From Candidatus Bathyarchaeia archaeon (GTDB lineage Archaea > Thermoproteota > Bathyarchaeia > Bathyarchaeales > Bathycorpusculaceae): DNA of 61,631 nucleotides. Positions within the stretch are counted from its first letter, which is position 1; each line of letters opens with the position of its first letter. Position numbers and translations under genes: made by a program. This document shows, piece after piece, positions 19,483-30,193 of the stretch. The notes beneath the pieces were generated by a model. It saw only the letters and a program-made list of their open reading frames with translations. It did not search any database and was not told where the DNA came from. The DNA lies in NCBI GenBank assembly GCA_050010515.1, contig JBEKKX010000014.1:1-61631 (forward strand), read 5' to 3'.

Positions 19483-21699
19483 TTACTCCGATTCAAAGTA
19501 CTCTTCTGGTTTCGGCGGAACCGGTGGCAAACCTCTGCGTTCACGAATCTTTTTTATTGTGTCAGCTTGCATCTGCTCTGGAACTGGTGCCCAACGGCTA
19601 AACTGTGTTGCCCAGAATGCTCTGCCCTGTGTGGAACTGCGTAATTCATCAGCGATGCCGAAGCTTTCGGAAACTGGCATTTCAGCTTTAACAGTGATCA
19701 TGTCTTCTTCTGATGGCATGTCTAAGATTTTGCCGCGTCGCTTGTTAAGTAAAGTGATGACGGAACTGACGAATTCGCTTGGAACCTTGCATTCGAAACT
19801 TAAGAGCGGCTCAAGCAGTTTTGGATCGCTAAGTAGTATAGCGCAGTATATGGGTCTCCAAGTCATTGGAATAGCCTGTGCTGGGCCTCTGTGAACTGGG
19901 TCTTCGTGGAGCGTAATGTCTTCAAGGTTGATTTTTAAGCCGTAAGCTGGTTCTTTAGCTAAAGGTGAAGTGTGGACTGCTTCGCGGAACCCAGTTTTAA
20001 TGTGGTCGAGGGCTTCCTCTACGTACTGTCTTCCTCTAATACGATTGCAGAGGATGTTGTTTTCTTCAACACATACTGCGCCTTTAGCTTCGTCAGGTGC
20101 CCAACCTAACAAACGTAGTATTTTAGTCCGTTCATCTTTGCTCTGCATGTCATTAATTTTATCAGACTTTATTGCTTCAATAACTTCATCTGACAGTTTC
20201 TCAATAGTTATCCAGAGTTTATTGTGTTTGTTGGGGCTTTTACCCATTATTGCTGGACCACGATAATCGTGACTTATAGTTTCTCGGTAATTAACAATTG
20301 GTTTGCTTAGTTTAACTTTCAAGCCTGCTTCCTGCATGCGGTAAGCGGTGATTTCAAGGTGAAGCTCACCCATACCTGATAGGAGGAATTCGCCGCTTTC
20401 CTTGTTCATGATGAAGTGCAGGTTAGGGTCTTCTGTTGTAAGTTTGTGCATGACTTTATCAAACAATGGCAGGTCTTTGACGTCTTCTGGTTCAACAGCT
20501 ACTGTTACGACTGGGTCTGAAACGTATCTTAAGCCTTCAAACGAGTGCACTTCAGCACCCTCTTCAGCAATAGTTTCGCCTACATGTATGGCTGGTAAAC
20601 CTGAAATCGCGCCGATGTTGCCTGCTGGAACACGGTCAATGATGACTCGGTCTGTTGCCATACTCATGAAAACCTGCTGTATAGTGCCCTTCTGGCTACT
20701 GCTTACAAGTTGGACTACTTTTCCTCTGGAGACTGAACCACTGAAAATTCTGCCGATTGCAACTGTTCCGCTGTGTGGATCAACTTCAATTGTGGATATG
20801 CACATGAGCAAAGGAGCATTAGGATCCACTTTCGCCATGCCTTGACCCGTTGGGCTGTCTACGTCTCCTGGCCAAATCTGTGGTTGTCTGTATGGTTGCG
20901 CTTGATAAGGATTAGGTAAGTGCTTGCAGAACATGTCCAAAATCGGTTCTGGTAATGATGCTCTCTTGCTTAATTCATCAACTTTTCTCCCAACATCTTC
21001 AGGAGCGCCAGTGTAAGCGTCAATGATGTCTTGGAAGGTAACTTTCTTTAGTTTCATGTGGTCAATGTTCAAGCCCCATTTATGAAGCGCTGAACCAAAA
21101 GCCACACGGCCATCTTCAACTGTGACCTGCCAATCTTTCTTGTGCTCTGCAGGTGCATACTTCTCAATTAAATTGTTTATTCTTAGGAGAATCTTGGCGA
21201 ATCTTCTTTGAATCTCCTGAGGCGTAAGCTTAATTTCCTTTATGAGTCTATCAACCTTATTTATGAAAAGAATCGGTTTCACACGTTCACGCAAAGCCTG
21301 CATCAAAACAGTTTCTGTCTGAGTCATAGGGCCTTCAACAGCATCCACAACCACAAGTGCACCGTCAACTGCTCTGAGACTTCTTGTTACTGCACCAGAA
21401 AAGTCAATGTGACCGGGTGTATCGATGAGGTTGATGAGGTAATCCTGATTATTGTAAGTATGAACTAGGCTGACGTTTGAAGCGAAAACGGTCATTTGGC
21501 GTTTCTGCTCAAGATCCCATGAATCAAGAAACAGTTTTTGCCCCGCAGTTTGTGTGCTGATGATGCCTGCCGCGGCTAGAAGGCTGTCGGAGAGGGTGGT
21601 TTTTCCATGGTCTACGTGCGCGATGATGCTGGTGTTGCGTATGATTTCTGGGTTGTCCATTAGTTTAACAATTTCATCCGTTTGCCTATAACGCGCCAT
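19483..21699 (-). CDS. fusA: Elongation factor 2, probably the archaeal EF-2 paralog
   Basis: AHVDHGKT, DTPGH, NKVD, GMGELHL, KSPNKHN, HEDPVHRGPAQ; switch I reads RQMTV instead of RGITI; no rpsG/rpsL neighbours. Confidence 0.9.
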   Translation of the reverse strand: MARYRQTDEIVKLMDNPEIIRNTSIIAHVDHGKTTLSDSLLAAAGIISTQTAGQKLFLDSWDLEQKRQMTVFASNVSLVHTYNNQDYLINLIDTPGHIDFSGAVTRSLRAVDGALVVVDAVEGPMTQTETVLMQALRERVKPILFINKVDRLIKEIKLTPQEIQRRFAKILLRINNLIEKYAPAEHKKDWQVTVEDGRVAFGSALHKWGLNIDHMKLKKVTFQDIIDAYTGAPEDVGRKVDELSKRASLPEPILDMFCKHLPNPYQAQPYRQPQIWPGDVDSPTGQGMAKVDPNAPLLMCISTIEVDPHSGTVAIGRIFSGSVSRGKVVQLVSSSQKGTIQQVFMSMATDRVIIDRVPAGNIGAISGLPAIHVGETIAEEGAEVHSFEGLRYVSDPVVTVAVEPEDVKDLPLFDKVMHKLTTEDPNLHFIMNKESGEFLLSGMGELHLEITAYRMQEAGLKVKLSKPIVNYRETISHDYRGPAIMGKSPNKHNKLWITIEKLSDEVIEAIKSDKINDMQSKDERTKILRLLGWAPDEAKGAVCVEENNILCNRIRGRQYVEEALDHIKTGFREAVHTSPLAKEPAYGLKINLEDITLHEDPVHRGPAQAIPMTWRPIYCAILLSDPKLLEPLLSFECKVPSEFVSSVITLLNKRRGKILDMPSEEDMITVKAEMPVSESFGIADELRSSTQGRAFWATQFSRWAPVPEQMQADTIKKIRERRGLPPVPPKPEEYFESE

Positions 21700-21904
21700 A
21701 ATTATGCAGTCTCCTTTTTGTTTACATTTGCAATTTTAAAGGTTGATTTTTTACTTATATGTAGCATTTTAGTATCTCTCGAAATTGATAAGCTACATGG
21801 AAAGTGAATTTGTAACCTATTAACCTTATGGCAAGCTTTTTTGAAACACTTTGGAAATTACAATTGCACGAATAAACCGCAAGCATGTTTTTCTTTCAAG
21901 CAAT

Positions 21905-21921
21905 TTGGCAACAATTGCCAA
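21905..21921. promoter_or_regulatory. Palindromic candidate operator TTGGCAA-N3-TTGCCAA
   Basis: Perfect 7-bp inverted repeat in the divergent EF-2/P-type ATPase intergenic region. Confidence 0.4.
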
Positions 21922-22309
21922 TTTTAGCTTCCTCTGGCTAACGGGTGAGTGGTTGATTGTACTTTGCAAGTTGGTTGAGCATAGTTCGCAAAAAAGGATA
22001 AAAGGGCTAGATTTTTCTTATAGGGAAATAATGAATTTGAAATGAGAAAAAGAGTTAAATGAATAAGAAAGCTGTTGCCATGTTAAAATTTGCTAATTCG
22101 CGGTTAAAGTCAGCTTTGCATCCGATTACTTTAAATTCAACAAATAATAATAAAATGAAAAATAATCTTAAAATAGTAATTAAGTTAAAACGCTGAGGAT
22201 AGGAATGTGCTTTCAATCAATTCCATTTCGAGGATACAAATATTCAGTTAATGTTTCTTTAACGTTAATCTTGCTCTCTTATTGTGGGGTTGTTCATAAA
22301 TAGTCAATC

Positions 22310-25111
22310 TTGAGGCTTGGCGGAGTTTATTTGGAAAAAGCTGCTTCTATGCCAATTAACGAGGTCTTCGACGACCTAAAGACATCACCCAATGGTTTGA
22401 CAAGCGAAGAGGCTAAACTTCGCGTAACAAAATACGGCTACAACCAACTTTCCGAAAAAAGGCAAATACCCTTCATTCACAAATTCATCAGACACCTCCG
22501 AGACCTATTCGGCATCCTCTTGCTTGTCGCAAGCATTTTATCTTACATAAGCGGCAGTCCAGAACTTGCCTTAATCATACTTGCAGTTGTTTTCGTAAAC
22601 ATTTTTGTAAGCATGTTCCAAGAGTCCCGTGCAGAAAAAGCTATGGCAACCTTGAAGAGTTGGATGCCCGAGTTTGCCAAAGTAATCCGAGACGGAGAAC
22701 TCAAAAAAATCTCAGTCAGAGAAATTGTCCCCGGAGACATCATATCTCTGGAAGAAGGCGACCGTGTACCAGCGGACGCACGCTTAATTGAAGCTTTTGA
22801 CTTATGGACCAATAACGTCCCCTTAACAGGCGAGTCGGAACCGCAACCGCGCGCTGCCGAAGCCGTGACAACGGTTGAGACAGCCTACTTGTATGCGCCC
22901 AACCTCATTTTCATGAGCACAAGCGTCGCCAAAGGTCAAGGAAAAGCAGTTGCTTACTCAACAGGAATGAATACCCAGTTTGGAAGAATCGCTAATTTAA
23001 CTCAGACAATCCATGAAGAAGAAAGCCCGCTCCAGAAGGAAATCGCTTTAACAGCAAAGTACGATTTCATAATTGCCGTTGCCGTTGGCGCAATATTTTT
23101 CGCCGCTAGTTTTCTTTTCTTACATGTCACTTTGGCGACAAGCATTTTCTTCATGATTGGGGTAATGGTGGCTTGCGTTCCTGAAGGGTTACAAGTCACC
23201 GTTTCCAGCGCCTTAGCCATCAACGTTCTAAAAATGGTCAAGCAGAACGTTTTGGTAAAACGGTTATCAGCCGTGCAAACCTTGGGCAGCGTCACCGTAA
23301 TCTGCACGGACAAGACAGGCACAATAACCAAAGGCGAAATGACTGTAAACAAGCTATGGGTTTACGACTACGTCGTGGACGTTTCCGGCTTAGGCTATAA
23401 GCCTGAAGGCAATTTCACCATAAACGGTCAGCTACTGCAGGAAGGGCAAACAGGTTCTCTGGAGAAGCTTATTGAGATTGCTGCACTCTGCAACGGAGCG
23501 AAGCTCGATCCTCCATCGGATAGAAACAGAAATTGGAGTGTGATAGGTGACCCAACTGACGGCGCTTTGCTTGTCGCCGCACTTAAATCGAACGTGAACG
23601 TTCAGAATGCTTTAGATGAAAAACCGATTGTGCATGTTTTACCGTTCAGTTTTGAGCGGAAACGCATGAGTACCGTTCACAAGCTGAACGGTGACGTTTA
23701 CATTTATACAAAAGGCGCTCCAAGGAACATCCTGGACATCTGCAGCAAAGTGCTTGTTGACGGCAAAGTTGAAGAATTAAACGAAGAAAACATGATGCTT
23801 ATTGAATCAAGGATTCACGAGTTTGCCAATCAAGGCTTGCGAGTCATAGCTGTAGCATACAAGGAAATCCCCAAAAGCATATACAACAAAGACGAAGCAG
23901 AAAAAGACCTAATTTTCGTCGGCTTGGCTGCAATGCGTGATCCTCCACGAACAGAAGTTAAAGATGCCGTTTTGGAGGCAAAGCAAGCAGGAGTGAAAAC
24001 CGTCATAATCACGGGGGATTATGGTCCGACTGCGCAGGCTATTGCTCAAGAAGTTGGAATTGTCGAGCAGCAATGTTGCCAGATTATTCGCGGCGTGGAC
24101 TTAGAAGATTTAAGCGACCAAGCAATCATAGATGAAGTGCGGAAAGGCAACGTGATTTTTGCTCGTGTCTCACCTGAACAGAAACTTCGCATAGTTAAAG
24201 TGCTCAAAAAGAACGGAGAAATCGTCGCAGTAACTGGTGACGGAGCAAACGATGCACCTTCGCTTAAGGAAGCGGACATAGGCGTTGCTATGGGTGCGTC
24301 AGGCACTGATGTTGCTCGTGAAGCCGCCGACATTGTTTTGCTCAATGATAGTTTTGCGTCCATTGTGAAAGCTATTGAGTCTGGCCGTGCAATTTATGAA
24401 AATATCCGCAAGTTTATTGTTTATGTGTTTTCGCATAACTGGGCTGAACTGATTCCTTTCATACTGTACGCCGTGTTAGGCATCCCTTTGCCGCTGCTTG
24501 TACCGCAAGTGTTAGCCATTGACCTTGCCATTGACGTTATTCCTTCATTGGCTTTAAGCCGTGAACCTCCTGAAGCAGGGATCATGCAGGAGCCACCCAG
24601 AAGCATTAAGGAGAGACTGTTTACCCGTAAAGTTCTGCTACGATCAGTGTTCATAGGAGTCATCATTGCCACAGGAGCTATGATTGGGTGTCTTAACGCT
24701 TGGGCTGTGGGTGGATGGCACTTCGGAATGGCATTAACCACTACAAGTTCATTTTACACTAGTGGAGTTTACGCCAAGGGTGTAACTATGACTTTCGCTG
24801 GCATAGTAGTAGCTCAAGCAGGCAACGTCTTAGCATGTCGAACCAGCAAGCAATCAATCTTCAAAACAAGCTTAAAAACCAACAAGTGGATAATCTTCGG
24901 CATCACAGCACAAATCGGAATCCTCTCACTACTCATCTACGTCCCAGTAATGCAACACATCTTCACAACAACAGCGCTCTCCCTAAGTAACTGGGCGTTT
25001 CTAGTGTCACTGGCTGTAATCGTTGTTTTCGCAGAGGAAATCAGAAAGTTCTTCAGCAGAAAATTCACTAAAACCAGTGTTGAAGCACTTAAGCTGCATG
25101 ACCACACTTAA
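22310..25111 (+). CDS. Cation-transporting P-type ATPase (type II)
   Basis: TGES, PEGL, DKTGT, KGAP, DPPR, TGD, GDGAND. Confidence 0.95.
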   Translation: MRLGGVYLEKAASMPINEVFDDLKTSPNGLTSEEAKLRVTKYGYNQLSEKRQIPFIHKFIRHLRDLFGILLLVASILSYISGSPELALIILAVVFVNIFVSMFQESRAEKAMATLKSWMPEFAKVIRDGELKKISVREIVPGDIISLEEGDRVPADARLIEAFDLWTNNVPLTGESEPQPRAAEAVTTVETAYLYAPNLIFMSTSVAKGQGKAVAYSTGMNTQFGRIANLTQTIHEEESPLQKEIALTAKYDFIIAVAVGAIFFAASFLFLHVTLATSIFFMIGVMVACVPEGLQVTVSSALAINVLKMVKQNVLVKRLSAVQTLGSVTVICTDKTGTITKGEMTVNKLWVYDYVVDVSGLGYKPEGNFTINGQLLQEGQTGSLEKLIEIAALCNGAKLDPPSDRNRNWSVIGDPTDGALLVAALKSNVNVQNALDEKPIVHVLPFSFERKRMSTVHKLNGDVYIYTKGAPRNILDICSKVLVDGKVEELNEENMMLIESRIHEFANQGLRVIAVAYKEIPKSIYNKDEAEKDLIFVGLAAMRDPPRTEVKDAVLEAKQAGVKTVIITGDYGPTAQAIAQEVGIVEQQCCQIIRGVDLEDLSDQAIIDEVRKGNVIFARVSPEQKLRIVKVLKKNGEIVAVTGDGANDAPSLKEADIGVAMGASGTDVAREAADIVLLNDSFASIVKAIESGRAIYENIRKFIVYVFSHNWAELIPFILYAVLGIPLPLLVPQVLAIDLAIDVIPSLALSREPPEAGIMQEPPRSIKERLFTRKVLLRSVFIGVIIATGAMIGCLNAWAVGGWHFGMALTTTSSFYTSGVYAKGVTMTFAGIVVAQAGNVLACRTSKQSIFKTSLKTNKWIIFGITAQIGILSLLIYVPVMQHIFTTTALSLSNWAFLVSLAVIVVFAEEIRKFFSRKFTKTSVEALKLHDHT

Positions 25112-25198
25112 ACGAAGTTGGGTGCTGTCTGTTTGGTTTCTGGTTGAGTTTCGCTGTTTTTGGGTTTATGGTTTTTTTGTTTTTGTTTAAATTTTTTT

Positions 25199-25458
25199 GT
25201 TGCGACTTTTGTTTTGGTGAAAGTTGCGATTTTTGAGGGGTGGCTTTTTGTGTTTTGGGTTGCTTTTCTGGTTTGGGGCTTGAAGGCTTTTGCGGGTTGC
25301 GACTTTCGGTTCGGTCAGCTGCGACTTTCCATGTTGACTCCATGCTGAAGTTACTGTCGGTTTCGGGCGCGGCGGTTTTTTTGGCGGCAGTTCGGTTTTG
25401 CTGGGGTTTTGTTTTTCCAATTTGGGAGGCTTGAACGTTTTTGCGGGTTGCGGCTTTC
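25199..25458 (+). repeat. G/T-rich repeat region with multiple GTTGCGACTTT-type motifs
   Basis: Motif copies at 25199, 25223, 25296, 25319 and 25447; 25252-25306 resembles 26481-26533. Confidence 0.65.
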
Positions 25459-25536
25459 GCTCTTGAGGTTGTGGGTGGGTGTTGTAGCTGGGGTGCTGAT
25501 CGACGCGGTAAGCGACCCGAGCGTGATGAGACCACG

Positions 25537-25938
25537 TTATTTGGCGTTTTGTTTTTTTAGGATTTTTCTTGCGAAGCTTAGAAAGTAGTTTATGGCTTCT
25601 GCAGGATCATCGGGAACACTGCTTTCCTTGACGTTGTCCTCTGTGCCATCGTGAAAGTGTTTAGGAAACGTTTTGATCTTTTTCCATTTGCTGTGCGGAG
25701 CGTTATCATGGCGATGTATTAGACCCCTAACGTGTCTTTGTTCCCAATGGTAAGAGTATTTTCCAGACGATGATAGCCAGACATCAATAAAAGTCTCATC
25801 AATCAGGAAAATTCGCAGCCTTTCAACTGAGCCTGAAGGACTAAAACGAAGTTGAACGTCAACAACTATGTCTGAAAATTGCGCAAGAACGAGGTCAATA
25901 ATCCGATTGAACAACTCTTCCAAAGAATCGCTAGGCAT
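25537..25938 (-). CDS. DUF6516/TumE-family putative toxin
   Basis: YSYHW...HRHDNAPH...FPKHFH signature. Confidence 0.8.
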   Translation of the reverse strand: MPSDSLEELFNRIIDLVLAQFSDIVVDVQLRFSPSGSVERLRIFLIDETFIDVWLSSSGKYSYHWEQRHVRGLIHRHDNAPHSKWKKIKTFPKHFHDGTEDNVKESSVPDDPAEAINYFLSFARKILKKQNAK

Positions 25939-26236
25939 GCTTGAGAGCCACTGACTCTTTTTTAATCTTCTTGGCGCGTTCCTCCAAGTTTTCTAATAGG
26001 ATCAAGTCTTCCCAAGCTGGGTGCTCCTGGACGCTTCCTTTAGCAATTTTCCCCTCAAGCTCTGAAGCACTTTTAACGTCGTACCTATTCTTTATTTCAG
26101 CTATTTCAGCAAAACAAGCCCTTAACTGCGCCTGAAGCAGCTCTTCTAATCCCTTTTTTACAAGTTCCTTCGGCGGAACTCCTAAGACTTTGGAAATTCT
26201 TTCTACCATTGCCTCGTTTTCAGCCATACCAACCAC
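25931..26236 (-). CDS. Putative antitoxin partner of the DUF6516 protein
   Basis: Overlaps the toxin gene; EHPAWEDLILLENL motif typical of these partners. Confidence 0.7.
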   Translation of the reverse strand: MVGMAENEAMVERISKVLGVPPKELVKKGLEELLQAQLRACFAEIAEIKNRYDVKSASELEGKIAKGSVQEHPAWEDLILLENLEERAKKIKKESVALKHA

Positions 26237-26480
26237 ATGTGGAATACTAATGCGATGGTGAACCTATAAACTCATCTTTTTTCTGACTTGAGCGAATTGT
26301 TGCTAAATACGGCTAAGTTGCGGGGGGTGAAGTTGAAGCTTTTTATCCCTATCGCAACGCTTTTTCCGTCGGATGGCGAGAGCCCATTCAATAGCCAGAA
26401 GTTAATGTTTGCTTGTACTCCTGCAGGGCTGGGGCTGACAGGGTTGGTCAAAGTTGCGTCTTTCCGCCGTGGCTCCTTGC

Positions 26481-26533
26481 GTTTTAGGTTGCTTTTCTGG
26501 TTTAGGGTTTGAATTTTTTGGGGTTGCGACTTT
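26481..26533 (+). repeat. G/T-rich repeat, copy on the other side of the TA pair
   Basis: gttttaggttgcttttctggtttagggtttgaattttttggggttgcgacttt. Confidence 0.65.
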
Positions 26534-26645
26534 TTTTTTGGGCGCTGGCGGTGGCGCCATCAACACGGGTTGCTAATCCTTCCCCGCCCGCCTTTTTGTG
26601 TATTCCTTGAAAGGTTTTTATTAGGTCAGCGGCAATGTAGATTTA

Positions 26646-27533
26646 ATGTCTGGCAAACAATTTTTCATAGATCGCTACGCAGAACTTGGCTGGAAATTTA
26701 AGGAAACCGAGCTCAGGCAATCAATACGGATAAACCAAAAAAACGCTAAAGGCAAAAACCTCCCAGAAAGGCTCCATAGTTTAGGCGTTGCGCTTGAGAA
26801 AATACCCTTTTTGCCAGAGGGGTATTGGATAGCGAAATCAAAGGTTTCAGCTGGCGCCACAGCCGAATACCTGCTTGGTTTCTACTCTATTCAGGAAGCA
26901 GCCGCGCAAATTCCAGCCACGCTTTTCACCGCCTTGAAAAGCAAAACAGCGCTTGATGCATGTGCAGCGCCAGGAGGAAAAACCGTTCAACTTGCCGACC
27001 TCATGGAGAACAGCAGTGCCATAACAGCATTAGACATAAGTAAGCAGCGGTTAGCCGTGATGGCAAATCATTTAGAGCGCTGCCACATCAGCAACACAGT
27101 CATCTACAATATAGATGCGCGCCAAGTCTCGAAGCTCAACCGCACGTTTGACCGCGTACTTTTGGATGTTCCTTGCTCAGGCAACTTCGCTTCTGACAAA
27201 GAATGGTTCAACCGAAGAACACTCGCCGACATAGAGCGGAACTCGAAGGTGCAACGGGAAATTCTAGCTGAAGCCACAAAGTGCTTAGCTGAAGCTGGTG
27301 AAATGGTTTATTCTACCTGTTCTTTGGAGCCTGAGGAAGACGAATTAAACATGGATTGGGCAATCAAAAACTTGGGATTAAAGATTCAGAAAGTTGATTG
27401 TATTGGTGTGAATGGGTTGACTGAGGTTTTTGGCAGAAAACTTGACCTTCAAGTGGCAAATTGCAAAAGAATCTGGCCAGGGGAAACTCAGGGTTTCTTT
27501 GTATGCAAACTAAAAAAGGTTGGGTTTCAATGA
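26646..27533 (+). CDS. RsmB/NOP2-family m5C RNA methyltransferase
   Basis: DACAAPGGKT, DVPCSG, YSTCSLEPEEDE. Confidence 0.92.
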   Translation: MSGKQFFIDRYAELGWKFKETELRQSIRINQKNAKGKNLPERLHSLGVALEKIPFLPEGYWIAKSKVSAGATAEYLLGFYSIQEAAAQIPATLFTALKSKTALDACAAPGGKTVQLADLMENSSAITALDISKQRLAVMANHLERCHISNTVIYNIDARQVSKLNRTFDRVLLDVPCSGNFASDKEWFNRRTLADIERNSKVQREILAEATKCLAEAGEMVYSTCSLEPEEDELNMDWAIKNLGLKIQKVDCIGVNGLTEVFGRKLDLQVANCKRIWPGETQGFFVCKLKKVGFQ

Positions 27534-28006
27534 AGCCGTTTGAAGTTTTTTCTTCTCGTTTCGGCAGCAAAATCGCCTTCAATCCAGAATTAATCGTTGA
27601 AAAAGGTCAACGTTATTATCTCTTGAATCCTCGCCTAAAAAGAATGTTGCAAGGCGACTTTTATTTTGCTGGCTTGTACCTTGGCAAAGTGGGCAAGAAT
27701 GGCGTTTTCTTTCCAAGCTTCAACCTGTTGAATATGCTTGTTGATGTAGCAGCGAATAAGATTGTGGTTGATCAGAAGGCGGCTTGGCTTTTCATTTGCG
27801 GAAGAGATGTTTTTCGAACGGGAATAGTGAAGGTGATGGGGTCTAAGCGTAAGGGTGATGCTGCTTTGGTGCTTAATGAGTTCGGTGAATGTCTTGGCTT
27901 TGGCACGATAATGGATAGTTTAAATGAGTCAGACAGTAAAGTTGCGGTTAAAAACGTGCTAGATATTGGAGATTTTCTGCGAAGAGAAGCAAGAGGCAAG
28001 TTCTAG
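27530..28006 (+). CDS. NIP7/PUA-domain RNA-binding protein
   Basis: GLYLG, LFICGRDV, CLGFG, DIGDFLRRE; ATG overlaps the upstream stop (ATGA). Confidence 0.8.
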   Translation: MKPFEVFSSRFGSKIAFNPELIVEKGQRYYLLNPRLKRMLQGDFYFAGLYLGKVGKNGVFFPSFNLLNMLVDVAANKIVVDQKAAWLFICGRDVFRTGIVKVMGSKRKGDAALVLNEFGECLGFGTIMDSLNESDSKVAVKNVLDIGDFLRREARGKF

Positions 28007-28173
28007 CTTTTCCGCATTCAATAAATCTTCAGTTTGTGTAAACGCATCTAATTTTTAAATTAGCTTGATTGCCTTAGAAATCCGTTTTGCATAGTGAACG
28101 TTTATTCAAACAATTTAGGGATAAACTTATATATGTTTACGTTTTAAGTGGTTTCTAAAACATATGATTTAAT

Positions 28174-29646
28174 ATGGTGAAAGTCATGGATGAACAAGTA
28201 AAGAAAGCAATAGAAACTCTCAAAGCAAATAATATTCGATGGGTGCATTCGGCATTTGTCGATGTTCGAGGTATACTTCAAGACATGGTTGTGCCTGCAA
28301 GAGAATACTTGAGCGGTGCAGCCTTTACAGAAGGCGTAGGCTTCGACGGATCCTCAGTGCGCGGCTTCAAGTCAATTGAAGAATCAGACATGATTTTTAT
28401 GCCGGACGCAAAGACACTCGCAGTTATGCCCTGGGTTACTGATGAAGCTCAAAAAAGCGCAATCGTACTAGGCGACGCTTTGGATGCTTTCGGCGGAAAA
28501 GAACCCTCTGTTGTCTGCCCAAGAGGCTACGTGGCAAAAAGAGCTATAAAAGCAGCAAAGGACATGGGGTACACTGGAATTTTCGCTCCTGAACTTGAAC
28601 ACTTCGTCTTCTCCTCAATCGATCCAACTAAGTTAACATGGGACCTATGGGTCAGTCCCAAAGGCGGCGAAGGAGATTCATGGGGTGCACCACGCGTTCT
28701 GCCTAATTCCCAGGAAATAACCCCTGGTGGCTTCGTCCTAAGACCTAAAGAAGCTTACTATCGAACCCCGCCTGAAGACACAACTGTCGAATACAGAAAT
28801 GAAGTTTCGCAGGTGCTTGAAGACAACTTTGGATTAACAATTGAGAAGCATCACCATGAAGTAGCCACAGTCGGACAAGTAGAAATCGACTATAAATACG
28901 GAGAACTCCTTGACACAGCTGACAGAGCAATATACTACAAGTTTGTCGCCAAAAACATCGCGAAAAAACACGGTTTAATCGCCACATTCATGCCGAAACC
29001 AATCTATCTAGACAACGCAAGCGGTATGCACGTCCACTCAAGCATATGGAAGGACGGCAAAAACGCAATGTATGACGGAGAAGATGACTACGCAGAACTC
29101 AGCCAAACCGGCAGATACTACGTTGGAGGCGTACTTGCCCACGCTAAAGCCTTAACTGCGGTGTGTTGTCCAACTGTCAGCAGTTACAAACGACTTGTAC
29201 CAGGCTTCGAAGCTCCAATATACGTCATGTGGTCCAGAGCTAACAGGTCTGCACTCGCACGCATTCCTATGTACTATAAAGGTCCTTCACATGCAGCACA
29301 AAAACGTGTTGAATACCGAGGTGTAGATCCATCATGCAACCCATACCTAGCATTCGCATGCATCATGATGGCTGGCTTTGACGGAGTCAAAAAGAAGATT
29401 GATCCAGGCGATCCAGTTGACGAAGACGTTTACAAACTCAGCAAATCAAAACGCAAAGAGCTAGGCATAACAGAACTCCCAACGACACTCAAAGGCGCAT
29501 TAGATGAAATGGAAAGCGACGAAGTCATAAAAGACACCCTTGGCACCCACGTTTTCGACGCATTCATTGAACTGAAAACAAACGATTGGAACCAGTACTG
29601 CCTGTACGTTTCGCCTTGGGAAATAATGAAGTACCTAGACTACTAA
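28174..29646 (+). CDS. glnA: Type I glutamine synthetase (long, insertion-bearing form)
   Basis: FDGSS, PELE, HHEVA, MPKP, NASGMHVH, LVPGFEAP, NRSA, EYR. Confidence 0.95.
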   Translation: MVKVMDEQVKKAIETLKANNIRWVHSAFVDVRGILQDMVVPAREYLSGAAFTEGVGFDGSSVRGFKSIEESDMIFMPDAKTLAVMPWVTDEAQKSAIVLGDALDAFGGKEPSVVCPRGYVAKRAIKAAKDMGYTGIFAPELEHFVFSSIDPTKLTWDLWVSPKGGEGDSWGAPRVLPNSQEITPGGFVLRPKEAYYRTPPEDTTVEYRNEVSQVLEDNFGLTIEKHHHEVATVGQVEIDYKYGELLDTADRAIYYKFVAKNIAKKHGLIATFMPKPIYLDNASGMHVHSSIWKDGKNAMYDGEDDYAELSQTGRYYVGGVLAHAKALTAVCCPTVSSYKRLVPGFEAPIYVMWSRANRSALARIPMYYKGPSHAAQKRVEYRGVDPSCNPYLAFACIMMAGFDGVKKKIDPGDPVDEDVYKLSKSKRKELGITELPTTLKGALDEMESDEVIKDTLGTHVFDAFIELKTNDWNQYCLYVSPWEIMKYLDY

Positions 29647-29866
29647 GTTGAAGTATTTTTACTTCTTCTCTTTCTTTCTGCATTTAAACTTGCATTAAAA
29701 TAGAGCAAAGGTTTTCTAAACTGAAGAAAGTTTGGATTGTTCTCTAAAGCGATGAATCTCATCAAATCCATTTATAAATAACGCTTGTTCCTAATGGTTA
29801 GTTTTAAAAAATTATTGTTTTTAAAAAGTCTCTTTTTCTAAAGAAGGGCAAAAGAAGTAAAAAGGT

Positions 29867-30193
29867 TTAGGTTGATGTCTCTGTGAAGACGTCCTCTGGT
29901 TCGGGCTGTGTTTTTGTTTCTTGTATTTCCTTTTCTTGTGCTTCTGGTTCTTTTTCGGCTTCTGATTTTATTGCGCGTGAGCTAAGGGCTACCACTACAA
30001 ATGAGAGAACAGCGAAAACTAGGAACGGCAACATTGCTGCCAAGATGGTATAATCAATGAAGCTCGCAGGAGCAGCTGACGAATATAATAACTTATCTAT
30101 TTCGTAATTTATGAATCCGGCTAACACCGTAAACACTATGAATACTATGCCAGACACCAAGGCAAATTTGTTTATGATTCTCCAGTTAACCAT
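29867..30193 (-). CDS. Small 2-TM membrane protein with acidic tail
   Basis: Two hydrophobic helices and an E/K/Q-rich C-terminus. Confidence 0.7.
   Translation of the reverse strand: MVNWRIINKFALVSGIVFIVFTVLAGFINYEIDKLLYSSAAPASFIDYTILAAMLPFLVFAVLSFVVVALSSRAIKSEAEKEPEAQEKEIQETKTQPEPEDVFTETST

Noticed and set aside
25089-25535. 148-aa minus-strand ORF
   Set aside because: Its K/P/Q/T-rich translation arises from the G/T-rich repeat tract; no domain features
26540-26597. Possible tRNA 3'-end/att remnant (cgggttgctaatccttccccgcccgcc)
   Set aside because: T-loop is not canonical and no cloverleaf forms
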